A DNA stretch of 63,547 nt, filler included. It is 9 parts of 9 records of this genome, joined end to end, with 100 filler letters (N's around TTAATTAATTAA, not from the genome) between each part and the next. Parts side by side here need not be neighbours in the genome. Positions count along the whole stretch, not along the records: positions 16,765 to 24,308 come from SRR7504441_7525; positions 24,409 to 37,685 come from SRR7504441_7532; 7 more parts are not named here. One strand, given 5' to 3'. Positions 23,761-34,417 of the stretch are shown here, piece after piece. A model generated the notes under the pieces. That model searched no databases. It saw only the letters and a program-made list of their open reading frames with translations, and was not told the origin of the DNA. Within the stretch, counting starts at the first letter, position 1. Every line of letters starts with the position of its first letter. The position numbers were made by a program, and so were the translations under genes.

Positions 23761-24308
23761 GATAACTATACGAAGTATGAATACAATAGTTATTAAAAGC
23801 TGTTCTACTTAGATCTAAATACGTGATTTATTGGATATGTAAGCATCAAATCCTACTCAACTCCGTCCTGACGGGCGTACGACTGCTACGTAGCTTATAC
23901 GTAGCTTACATGTAACAGCGGCTAGCTTATGAGACTAGGCAGCCTCGGTCTGAGCGTCGAGCTCGTTGTTCATCATCAAAGTCAACATCTCCATAAACAT
24001 GGGCCGGCGCGACCTGCCCGAATTAAGTTCCTTGACCGGTAACTACCGTAACTAGGGCTCCAGCACACCGATCGGTCTTGATCTTCTGCGCCGGTGACTT
24101 GACAGCGGCGGTGGTCTCTGCAGCGGCGGCCTTGGCGGCGGCCTCGGCGGCGGCCTTGTTTGCAGCGATGCAAAGTCGGCGGGCCTCCTTCTTGTCCTGG
24201 TGCGAACCAATGTACCCATTCGTTCCGGGCCTGCGATATTCCTGCCTCAAATAGTACCTGCCCGAAATTAGTACCTACCCTAACCCGAAATTAGTGGGTA
24301 CCTCCAGC

Positions 24309-24408
24309 NNNNNNNNNNNNNNNNNNNNNNNNNNNNNNNNNNNNNNNNNNNNTTAATTAATTAANNNNNNNNNNNNNNNNNNNNNNNNNNNNNNNNNNNN
24401 NNNNNNNN
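24309..24408. other. Artificial contig linker
   Basis: N44-TTAATTAATTAA-N44. Confidence 0.98.
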
Positions 24409-27400
24409 CTCCGACGAGCTCTGTGGCAGTCTGAGGGCGCTGAATGGCAAAGCGATCACTGTGACCACGCAGGAAAAATGGGAGTTCATGACGCGATACT
24501 GGCGGGATGACACCCACATACTCGGCGGGATTGGCCTGCTGCTCATTGACGAAATCCACGTGATTGGTCAGGACGAGCGAGGAGCCACGCTGGAAGTCGC
24601 AGTGGCGAGGATGCAGAGCATGAAACAGCACGCCAAACAGACTTGTCCCTCAGGTGTCGCGCCTTGCCCGCCTACAATAGTCACCACGTGCTGTCGACAG
24701 CGAATCTGGCTTCGTTGAGGATTGTCAGCGCTTCGGCAACTGTTCCTAACCTGGAAGACCTGGGCAAGTGGCTCAACTGCAGCCCCAGCATGCAATTTCG
24801 GTGTGACGACCGGCCACATATTCCAGAGCTGGAGCTGGCTGCAGGTTCAATGAAGATTACAGACCAATCAAAGTCCAGATCGTCGCGTACGGCTACCCCA
24901 GCAAGCAGGGCTCCAACAGCTTCATGTTCGAAAAGTCGCTAGATTGGAAGCTTTATCAGACGCTCGAGCTGCACGATAAACGAAAGTCGACCCTGGTTTT
25001 CTGCGCCTCTCGGTCAGTCTAGAAAGCCTTCAGTTGGTGATCGAAGGCAGCAACGGGACTGAGCAATCTGCGAAAGCATTACTCAAAGATGGTGCCACTT
25101 CGAGGAGATTCGTAAACCCGCAGTCACAAGCAATCCTTGCCTCAGCAGCAGACTGGTCAGTCTGCCTCAGACCTGTGTCGACACACTGAGCTCTGGCAGC
25201 ATTCAAGCAGAGTCGAAGGACCTCTCCAATTGCGTGCGTGCCGGCATTGCGTTTCACAACGGTTCTCACGCTACCTGGTAGTATCGACTGTTCATGAAAC
25301 GGCTTGGTTGGCAGCATCGCTGACCAACCAAACTAGGCAGCAGATCGAGCAACTCTTTAAGGTAGGCTTTCTTGTCGTTGCTTGAGATGAACGGTTCAAC
25401 CAGGAGCAGCACCTGAAGGTCATCTGCACCACTTCGGTGAGTCGTTGACTGTCGAGAGTTGCTAACAGCCCCTGTTGTGCCAGACTCTTGCTGTTGGCGG
25501 TATGCCTGATGATGACTCTCGAACTGATATCAGCTGTCGACAGTCAATTTACCTGCATATCTTGTGGTCATCAAGTCAAGTTTGTGTCCAATGATGCACA
25601 ATGGCTCATGTGTTGGCTGCGTGCAGCCCAGATCTACAAGGGAGCTGGACTTGGCTATCAGGAGTACTCGATGCTTGACGTTTGCCAGATGATCGGTCGA
25701 GCTGGCCGTCCTCAGTTTGATACTGAAGGCAAGGCTGTAATCCTCACCCAGGAGCAAAACAGAGCCCAGTATCAAAGTATCAAGTCGCATGCGCTGGTGA
25801 ACACCGTCAATTGCCTGACGTCTGAGTGTCGAGGCCAGCCTGAGATCGAGTCCAGCCTGAAAGAGCAACTACCTACCCATCTGTGAGACCTGGCACCTCT
25901 GCACCTCCATGAGATTCATTCCTGTCAGGATGTCTGAAATTACTGGCAAAACCATCACCGACACGCCGTTCGTATTCCAGTGGCTCAAAGGAACCTTCCT
26001 CTGGACCCGAATGCAGATCAATCCTGGGCACTACGGCCTTGAGGGGGTGGAGCCCAACAGCCAAGAGGTTCAGCCCCAGGAAAAAGTTAGTTGAATCAAA
26101 CGTTGCAGTGTGCTGAGAGCTTGCGCCGCCTGGCTATGAGTGAGGTGAACAACCTTGTCGAAGCCAATATGGTCAAGTACACTGACGAGGTGCAGCTGTC
26201 TCGCCTGCAGCCGCAACCCAACGATTACAGGATGGCCACGGGATCACTGTGACTGAAGCAGGCAGAGCAATGAGCCACTGCGGCATCCTGTTCGAGACGT
26301 ATGAGCCTCTCTGGACCTGCCTGGTCCTTACGATTTTCCCAGGATGAAGATCATTGTCAGACAACTTGACACCGGCTGCACGTCTACCAAGGTGACGGGA
26401 TGGATTGCAGAAGACTCAGAATTGCACCTTTCAGGACCTGCTTCAGATGTGCTGCTTGGCTCAGGAGTTCAAGCAGACCTTTACGCGCCATGCAGAAAAG
26501 AGAATCCTCAAAGAGCTAGACGGCGCTAAGCCAGAGCAGTCGACTCTACGTTTCCCTGTTGGAGTCGTCAAGTGAGAGCCGTCTTCTAAGCAAGCGTTTA
26601 TTACTTGCACCAGGGATAAGTATGCTGGACCATCGAAGTTGTTCTGCCTTGCCCAATATATTCTCAAGGGCGATCGCTTCTCAAACCACTCACTTCAGCA
26701 AGAAGCAGGCGCGCTAAATGCATCATGCGGCTTACTCATCTCTGTGAAAGACAATTTCTTTGCCAAAGCGGGCACAATGATTCGTGTGGCGGTGAACTAC
26801 TCGAAGTCAGTGGTCAGCGACCAGTTGCTTCTGTGATCACGCCTTTGTTTGCCAGTTGAACAATCTTCGCGATGTGCTCAACTGCATATATGCAGCCCAG
26901 GTCGCACTCTCTCACACACGTTCAGCGCCTCAATTTTGTGGTTCGAGGTGATCAGCAGCCGAAACTGGGAGCACTCGCTCAGACAAGTGAGAGGCTGCGG
27001 GAAAGAGACCGAAAACAAGGTGCTTCGTATCGAGTTTCTGTGATCATGGAACGACTGCAGTTGTTGCACGCCGGGATCCATACCGTCTACGACTTTGCAA
27101 ACGTCAAGAAACACATGGTCGAGCAGGCAAGTCGTAGTCAGACAGCGGACAGCGATTTACAGCCATGCACGATTCAGGTTCTAGGCCCGCGACAAACTGC
27201 CGAGGTTTCAAATGGATTCAGCGAGTTGAGGCCCCAGGTCCATTGATGGCGAGGCTATCTGATCCTACATGCTGCGCGTGCAGGTCCTTTTAGAGCTGCA
27301 GAAAGGAGATTCCGAAGACGCCTACACATTTAGCATCCGCGCTTGCAAGCGGCAAACCGGCCGACCTGTAGCCTTTCACGGTGCGACCTTGCCGTGTGCA

Positions 27401-28779
27401 TGGGCTTGCCTTATGATTGCGTGCATGCAGCCATTGTAGCCTTCAATGATCGCATCCTCAAGTACTTTAAAATCCGTACGCCGCCGTCGTCGATACCATT
27501 CGAGCTCAAATACGCGCAAGAAGCTGCGGCCGATGCAATCGGTGGACCCGATACACTACTGCTCATGGTGAGCCTATCAATGCCACCTTCCGTGCTTAGA
27601 TCCTGTCTCAGTCGTGCATTGTTTAGGTCCTTCCATGTGATCACTCTGGGTTCGACCATCTTCTTGCATTCAAGTTCAACCGGAAGGTCAAGACACTCAC
27701 ACCGATGAGCGAATTATACGAGCGTCCGGAAGTGAGTGCCTCTGCAGACCTATGTGAGTTGACGCAGACCCTGTCACACAGGAGCTGTACCACCTTGTCT
27801 CCAAGGGGAACGCGCTGAAGAGTCGGGACGCGTCTGTGTCGCTCCACCAGCAACTGGAGACTTCAAAGTCCGAGTCGAAACCGCAGGCTGACAAGAGAGA
27901 ACTAGCTGAGTGCAAGCACACCTATCCCAAGTGTCTAGCCGGGCAATGCTCCCACCCATGCTGCCATCGAAAGAGACAGCAGAACCAAAGCCTCTCGTGC
28001 GAGCAGGCCACGCTTCCTTTCCAGACCGGTACTGCGGAGAAAGCAAAGCCGCAGAAGCTTCAGCATTTGCAGAACTTGCACGTCTCAACTAAGACTGATT
28101 GGGCAGCGGAGGCCTTGTCTACGGGATCTGGCCACCTCCGGCGAACGACAGGACCGCATATGATTGACCTCGATAGGTGCGTAGCTGCCGAGATGATATA
28201 CACTCACCTTTTGCATGTGGTATAGCTTTGCCCTGCGAAAGGACGACAAGAGAGAGGCTAGGTTGCAGAGAGATGCCGTGGAGAGGCTCGGGCTTGGTCT
28301 CGAAACGGCCCTCGTCCCGCCCCGACAAGACATTGTGGACCTTACCACGAGCAGTGGCCCGGCTTCAGCAAGTGGTACGCCTGTTAATCGCACAGCATGA
28401 CACATGCACAGTGCAAGCCAAGCAATTGTGTCCGTATGGGAGCCTTTGTTATCGGACCAAGAACCCCGAGCACATGGCCGAATACGCACACCCCACGCAC
28501 GGCCCCAGCACAGGTTTGACTATTGAAGTTTGTATGTGTTAAGCTGTGGACGGCAGACTTCAACGACCCACCAGAGGCACGCCCAAAGACTCCACCTTCC
28601 AGGTTTGTGGCTTTGATGTAGCCCTGCCTGGCAGTAACCACAATGACAGGAACAACAAGCGTGTTTACCCCTCTGGCCCAGATGAATTCCAGGAGAGCAA
28701 CCCCAGGCCGGTCAAACTGGCCAAGACGCTACCTGAGCAGATCAAAGATCTCTATCCTACACTCTTCTACGACCTGTGA
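24409..28779 (+). CDS. MER3: Meiotic DExH helicase MER3/HFM1, 5'-partial, ~29 introns, C-terminal Zn finger and PBZ motif
   Basis: EKWEFMTRYW, LIDEIH, RGATLE, SASATVPNLEDLGKWL, TLVFCASR, GIAFHNA, TTSTLAVGVNLPAYLVVIKST, QMIGRAGRPQFDTEG, IESSL, WLKGTFLWTRM..NPGHYG, Sec63 region, CKH..C..C.HPCC. Confidence 0.9.
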
Positions 28780-29280
28780 GCAACTGCACTTTTGTCGATG
28801 CCTGTCTGCTGCAGGCTGCGAAAAGTTGGTCCGAAGCTCTACGAGCTCGAGCTACGAGCGATTTCATATCGTTGCTATTGCCAGCCTGCCGTTATTTTCA
28901 CGTTCGTTGTGAAGCCTACTGTTTACCGTATAATTCTACGGCCACCAATACTTACGCGGGTCTAGTATGATTAAAAACAAGTAGTACGTACGTAGATGTC
29001 GCCCCCCCCCCCCCTTGAGGCAGTTTGCAGTTTGCTCAAGGGGTAAAGTAACCAAAATGGAGTGGCGGGAGCCGCGGTGCAATGCATTCGAGCGCTCCCT
29101 TTAATGCACATGTAATTAATTTATTTGAACATGATGGTGAAACTGATTGTGTGATGATCCCTACTAGAACCGCAACCTTGGCCTGATCAATTCGATTGAC
29201 TTCACTCAACAATCGCTGATCATCGCACGGTTGCGAGATCGGCTTCGAAACTCCAACGGTCGGAATTAGCGATCACGCCA

Positions 29281-31335
29281 TTAATTTGCACCATCATGGC
29301 CCGCATCAATCAGCTCGGCTTCGAGCAACGCCTTGCTCTGCAACACCTCCAACTCCTGGATTCGCTCAACCATCTTGCTGAGCTCGGCCCGACTATTGGT
29401 GCTTGCCATGTGCTTCCTCTCCTGGTGCGACCGTTCGAGCACCACATACTTCTCCTTGAGCTCATTGAAGGAGCTCTGGGCCTGCCTCAGGATATCCTCC
29501 CGGTGCTCCTCTTTCTCCTGCAGCCGCTCCTTCAACGCTCTCAGCTGCTGCATCGTGCTCTTGGCCTGACTCTGCAGCACCGTGTACTTGTCGTTCAGCT
29601 GCATGTTGAGCGCATACCCTTTGGCCATCTCTCGCTCAAACTCTTCAAGCGTGGCCGCGTGGCGCTCCTCAAACCCTTCGACCACACGATCCAGCTCCTC
29701 AATCCGCTGCTCCTGTTGCCCACACAGCGCCTCCAGCCGGGCCAGTTCGCTCCGGAGCCGACCGCTCTCCGGCTCGTCCAGTTGCTCCGCCCGCTGCTTC
29801 TGGGCTGTTAGAGCCGAGATCTCTTGCTGCAGCTCGAGTTTCCTGCGCTCGGCGGCAGACACCTGCAACCGGATGAGCCCGGGGCGCTAAAAGGGGTTGA
29901 CGACCTGCTGCTGCAGCTCCTGATGCCTCAACGGGTCGCCATCCGGCACCGATTGGTCGGCCGGGGCGGCGACCTCTAGCCTGGCCAGCTGGGCAGGGCC
30001 TTCGAGCATCTGTGTTGTGAGCTCCGTAATGTACCGCTCCGACAGTGCTAGCTGCTCACGTAACGAGGGGAGCTCGCCGCCCTGTGAGACCACTTGCGAG
30101 CGCGCCGCGGCTAGCTGCTCCCTCAGCATGCCCAGCTCGGCCTCGGACGACTCTTGAAGCTCGATTAAACTCGCCTCCAACTGCAAGTTCCGTTGGTGCA
30201 GAGGGCTCGAGGCCTCGGCCGCTGCCTGCTTGATCGCTTTAATCCCGGGGACCAGCCGGTAGTGGACCAGCTGCTTCCAGCCGGCGGCCTGCTCCGGCTC
30301 CAGCGTGGCGGCCATCTTATTGTCCAGCACAAGCTCAGCCTCGAGCCCATCAGCATCCGCCTCGACATACTGCTGAATCAGCCTCAACACGCTCTCCATC
30401 CGCCGGTTCCGAGTCTGAACCTCCTCAGTGTAGCCCCGCAGTTTGTTGTACGCCGTCTGCAGCTCCGCCATGTCGGCTCGCCCCACCTGGCTCTGGAGCT
30501 CCGTGAGCTTGTGCTCAACCTGAGGACTGAGCGCCCCAGCTGGCGCCACAGGCTTGGCAGGCGACTCCGGGGGCACCTCCGGCAGCCGCGGGCTCGGCTG
30601 AAGCTCGCCCACCGCCTGTATCATAACTGAGAGCGCCGCCAGCCGCTTTGTATTCTCTCCGATCTGGGCGAGCGTACCAGGCCCGAGACCGCCAGGCGGA
30701 TTGGCCTCGAGAACCGACCTGTGCCGGGCCTCGGCGTCGGCCAGCATGGCCGCCGTGTGCGCCCGGATCTGCCTGCCCCGAGCCGACGAGAGCCGTTGGT
30801 CCGGGGTGAGCCCGAGCTCGACTAGCACTCTGGAGCGATCGTGTTGCGATTGGCTGATGTGCACGCCGAACCGTTGGGAGAGCAGCTCGGGAGGGAGCAG
30901 GGCCCCGAGCAGCGCCTGCAGGATCAGATCCAGCTCCACCAGCGCCTGTTTCACCCGCAGAACCGACTGGGCCATTTGGCTGAGTGCCGGCTGGGGCTCC
31001 GCGGCCGGGGCCGGTCGGGCCGGCGGGACGGGGGGGCGGCGGGCCTGCTCGAGGGCCCCGCGCCAGGAGTCGGCGGCGGGCTCGCTCTCGGCCAGGAAGT
31101 GGTGCACTAGCCCGGCGGAGGTCTTGACCCTGAACTCGTGCGGTAAGTTGCCCGGGCCCACCGCCGAGATCCCCGACAGCGGTATGGCGCACTCGGGCGG
31201 CCGGTCCGGCAGCAAGTGGCCGGTGAGCGCCTCGCCGGCGGTGAGCACCCACCAGCCCTGCTTGGGCGCCTGGCCTCGGTCCGAGTGTCCGAGCCACCCG
31301 CAGCGCAGCACCGAGGCCGCGCTCTCCAACGCCAT
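29281..31335 (-). CDS. PH-domain plus long coiled-coil protein, 1 intron (~29864-29901)
   Basis: LRCGWL..WWVL..IPLSGI..EFRVKT..HHFLAESEPAADSWRGAL; heptad-rich C-terminus. Confidence 0.8.
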
Positions 31336-31475
31336 GCAGCCAACGGCACCTAACCGCCCTTGTTAGCTGACTGTGCTGGTACAATATGAAAGACGTTCAC
31401 GAAAGATAGCTAACTTGGATCATTTTAATCAATAAACTGCACCCACGCCGGATAACTACAGACTATAAGAACTCT

Positions 31476-33127
31476 TTAGAAGTCCATTGTCTTCTTGATT
31501 CCCTCAAACACCTACCAGCCGCCCATAAACAACCAGCTCCGGCGTATCAAATCCAAACCTTCAGATGATTCGGCACGTAATACTTCTCGTGCGCCAGAGG
31601 GAACGGCGTGTCGGCGCCTGCCGTTGGCCTCGCCCCCGGCCATAAATTCATAATAAATTCACTCACCGCACACTCGCTGGATAGGAGCCTCCAGATTGAG
31701 AAAGCAATTCTCTTGCACATACGCCGACACCTGCCGGCCGATCGATCTCGACCGGCCTGCGCTGCCACCTCCGCGCCGAACCCACATGTGATCGGGGCCT
31801 CGTGACTGATCAACAATCGGCCTGCCGAGGCTCAGACACCGACAGGCGGCCGCAGCCACCGGTCTTTGCAACCGATTCGCACACAGTGTCGCGGTCCCAG
31901 GGCAGAATCGTCTGCAGGTCTATCAACTCACACGAGATCCCCTCGAGCCCCGCCAGCTTTGCGGCGTCTGCCAACACATGCACCTAGCCCGCAGTCTGGC
32001 GGCAGCCCAGCCCTGGACCCACCTGAGCGCCGTACCCAACCAACGTGATGTCCGTACCCTCAGTCACCAGCTCGGCTTTCTCCAGCTCGAGCTCGTAATC
32101 GCCCACGGGCACCTGCCTCCGCTGGCCGGCTCCCGCTGCCGAACGCACCGAGTCTTCGGCAGCGCGGTACAGTCGCTTGGGCTCAAAGAACAACACAGGG
32201 TTCTTATCGCGAATCGAAGCCTGCGACACGTTTCAGCGCCGGGGGGGCGGGGGCGGACCAGCAGGAGACCCTTGGCCTGGACAGGTCCGCGCGGGATCAC
32301 AACCTGAGCCACAGTCAGCCGGCGCAGGCCACATGAAGCGCCTTGAGCCCTGGGGTGTGAGCGAAGTAGGCCTCTGGCGACTGGGAGTGGTAGTGCCCTC
32401 CGTGCCCCACAGCGCCGTACGGGGCCCGGATCGTGAGCCCTGTCCGCAGGCTCACCGGCGCGTGCCCGATCTCCTCACCAGCTACATCGAACTCGTTTCC
32501 AGACCTGTACCGGTACTTGGCTGCTTCATTCACGATCTGCGGCGGGGCTCAGCCCGGCTGCCCCGCGCGGGCGCCTGGTCGAACGCCGGGAAGATGTAAT
32601 CTGCGAACTGAATCTCGGCGACCGGTGTCATGCCCACCGACGCCATCCCGATCGCAAACCTGTCGCCTGTCGCACCGGCCCGGCCCGGCTGCCACCCGAC
32701 GATGCCCTGCTCGCAGAGCGGGGTGTTGAACACCCGCTCCTTCCCAAACTTCTCCTGCACCCTGCTCGCCCGCCCCCCGGCCGGCCCGGCGCCTGCAGGT
32801 CGACGGCCGCACGGAACACGCCGCCGAACCCGACATCCTCCCCGAACACGCAGACCTGGCCCGCCGGGTGGGCCCAGGGGCCGGGCCGGGCGCACCCGGT
32901 CGTCGGTGGACATGGCGATCCGCAGCCCGTCTGAGATCGAGTTGACCAGATTCATCGTGGCGCGCTCCCCCCTGATCTCAGCCCTGCCCGGGCTCGCGGG
33001 CCCCGGGGCCGGCCGGGCGCCTGCACGACATGATCTCCGGGTCCAGCGTGCCCACAGCCGTCGAAAACCGGGCCCGGGCGCCCACCGCCCGGGCCAGCCG
33101 CGCCAGCGGTCGGGCTGTTGGCCGCAT
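31476..33127 (-). CDS. BCKDHB: Branched-chain 2-oxoacid dehydrogenase E1 beta, mitochondrial; 14 introns
   Basis: Arg-rich presequence; [110 protein letters not shown]. Confidence 0.97.
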
Positions 33128-33271
33128 CCTGGCTGTTCGACAGTGGGGGCAGGCCGTGATTTTTCAACGGCAGCACCTCCAGATTTGAGAACACCGCCGG
33201 GCTGGCATCACCTCCCGCTGGATCTAGGGACGCCCGAGGAGGAGGGCGGGGTTAGCGGGCTCGGGCCTTGG

Positions 33272-33988
33272 ATGGGGTGTAGCTGCTTCCGGTCTCTGCT
33301 GGGTGGCGAGTTCAGGTCCCGCCTGGTCACCATGGGCGTCTGCGGTCCGGCCGAGACCGAGCCCGACGAGCCCGAGGAGGCAAGCGCTCCCGATCAGCAG
33401 CTGGAGCCCAGGCCGACCGCCGGGCCGGCGAACGAGCAGCTAGACGCCAAGGTTGACCAGGTGATGGCCAAGATCGCCAAGCAGCCCGCGCCCAGCAGCT
33501 TTGGGGTGCGCGCGCTCCCTCGGAAGCAGATGGCTCTCCTGCCGAGCGAGATCCCGCAGGCCGACTTCCAACGGCTGTGGGAGCAGTCCCAGAGGTGCGC
33601 ATCCCGGGGGCGCGGCCAGCTGGGGGGCAGCGTGACGATAGCCTGCCCTGTTGGCTGGGACACCGCAGCGGACTTTGCGTCCTTCTGGGAGCGGCAGCAA
33701 CTGAACGTGTTCGCGGCCCCGCCGGATGGCCCCGGGGGATTTTTGGTGGGACACTCGGAGGCGGGGTCGGCGGAGCTGGATGGGATGGGCCGAGTGCTGA
33801 TGGTGCACGCTCGCCCGACTGTGACGGGCATGAGTCGAGCGCTAATGGAGCCCGGGAGCCAGCCTGAGCTAGAGCTGGAGCTGCGGACCGAGCATACGGC
33901 CGAGCTGGAGCCGTTCAAGCGGTATCTGGAGACCAAGCTGGGGGCGGACATGTCGCCGACGAGTAGTCGAACGGTGCGCCAAAGGTGA
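33272..33988 (+). CDS. Hypothetical protein with MGCSC dual-acylation start; C-terminus reminiscent of an adaptin appendage platform subdomain
   Basis: 3' part of ORF 32630-33988; IPQADFQRLWE followed by an alpha/beta pattern ending LELELRTE..F..YL. Confidence 0.5.
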   Translation: MGCSCFRSLLGGEFRSRLVTMGVCGPAETEPDEPEEASAPDQQLEPRPTAGPANEQLDAKVDQVMAKIAKQPAPSSFGVRALPRKQMALLPSEIPQADFQRLWEQSQRCASRGRGQLGGSVTIACPVGWDTAADFASFWERQQLNVFAAPPDGPGGFLVGHSEAGSAELDGMGRVLMVHARPTVTGMSRALMEPGSQPELELELRTEHTAELEPFKRYLETKLGADMSPTSSRTVRQR

Positions 33989-34177
33989 AGTGGGGCGAGT
34001 GCAGCCGGCTACACGCAGTGGTACTGTACTGTATCAGTACGCGTACTGAAAGTACGTACGTGCTCGTACTTGTATGAAAAAGTGTAGCCGTGAGTAAGGG
34101 TCCCGCAGCCTGTGACTTTTTGATCTGATTATAAAATACGGTACAATATTATTGATCTAACAATTATTCATGATCTA

Positions 34178-34203
34178 ACTGTACGAGTACGTACTCGTAC
34201 AGT
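34178..34203. repeat. Perfect 26-nt palindrome in convergent intergenic spacer
   Basis: ACTGTACGAGTAC-GTACTCGTACAGT. Confidence 0.95.
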
Positions 34204-34417
34204 ACCAGTACTGCTAATCATGATTGGACTGATACATACAGACGTCACGGTAGAGCGTATTACAAAGCATTAGCATTACGCACAGTACTCAATCAACATT
34301 TGTAAATGTTACACGTGTACTACTGTATAGCATGGAGCCGTTTGAATGAAATCGTGTCGATTATGTCGATTACATCATGGATTACTCAGCGTCAATTGAT
34401 GACAGGATAATAGCGAC

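Noticed and set aside
25781-25838. Non-canonical intron in MER3 near YQSI..IESSL
   Set aside because: A canonical 42-nt GT-AG intron (25797-25838) with CTGAG at the expected distance explains the extra residues.
24409-28779. Alternative genetic code or pseudogenisation to explain frequent stops in MER3, BCKDHB and TRAPPC11
   Set aside because: Stops fall inside GT/GC-AG introns whose removal restores conserved motifs; TAA, TAG and TGA all terminate genes.
29149-29228. C/D-box snoRNA candidate (GTGATGA..CTGA..CTGA with terminal pairing)
   Set aside because: I could find only ~7-nt complementarity to recalled rRNA segments and the boxes may be chance; needs snoscan/Rfam.
31512-33020. Introner-like mobile introns
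   Set aside because: Introns share length but not sequence, and show no terminal inverted repeats; some appear to be at ancestral positions.
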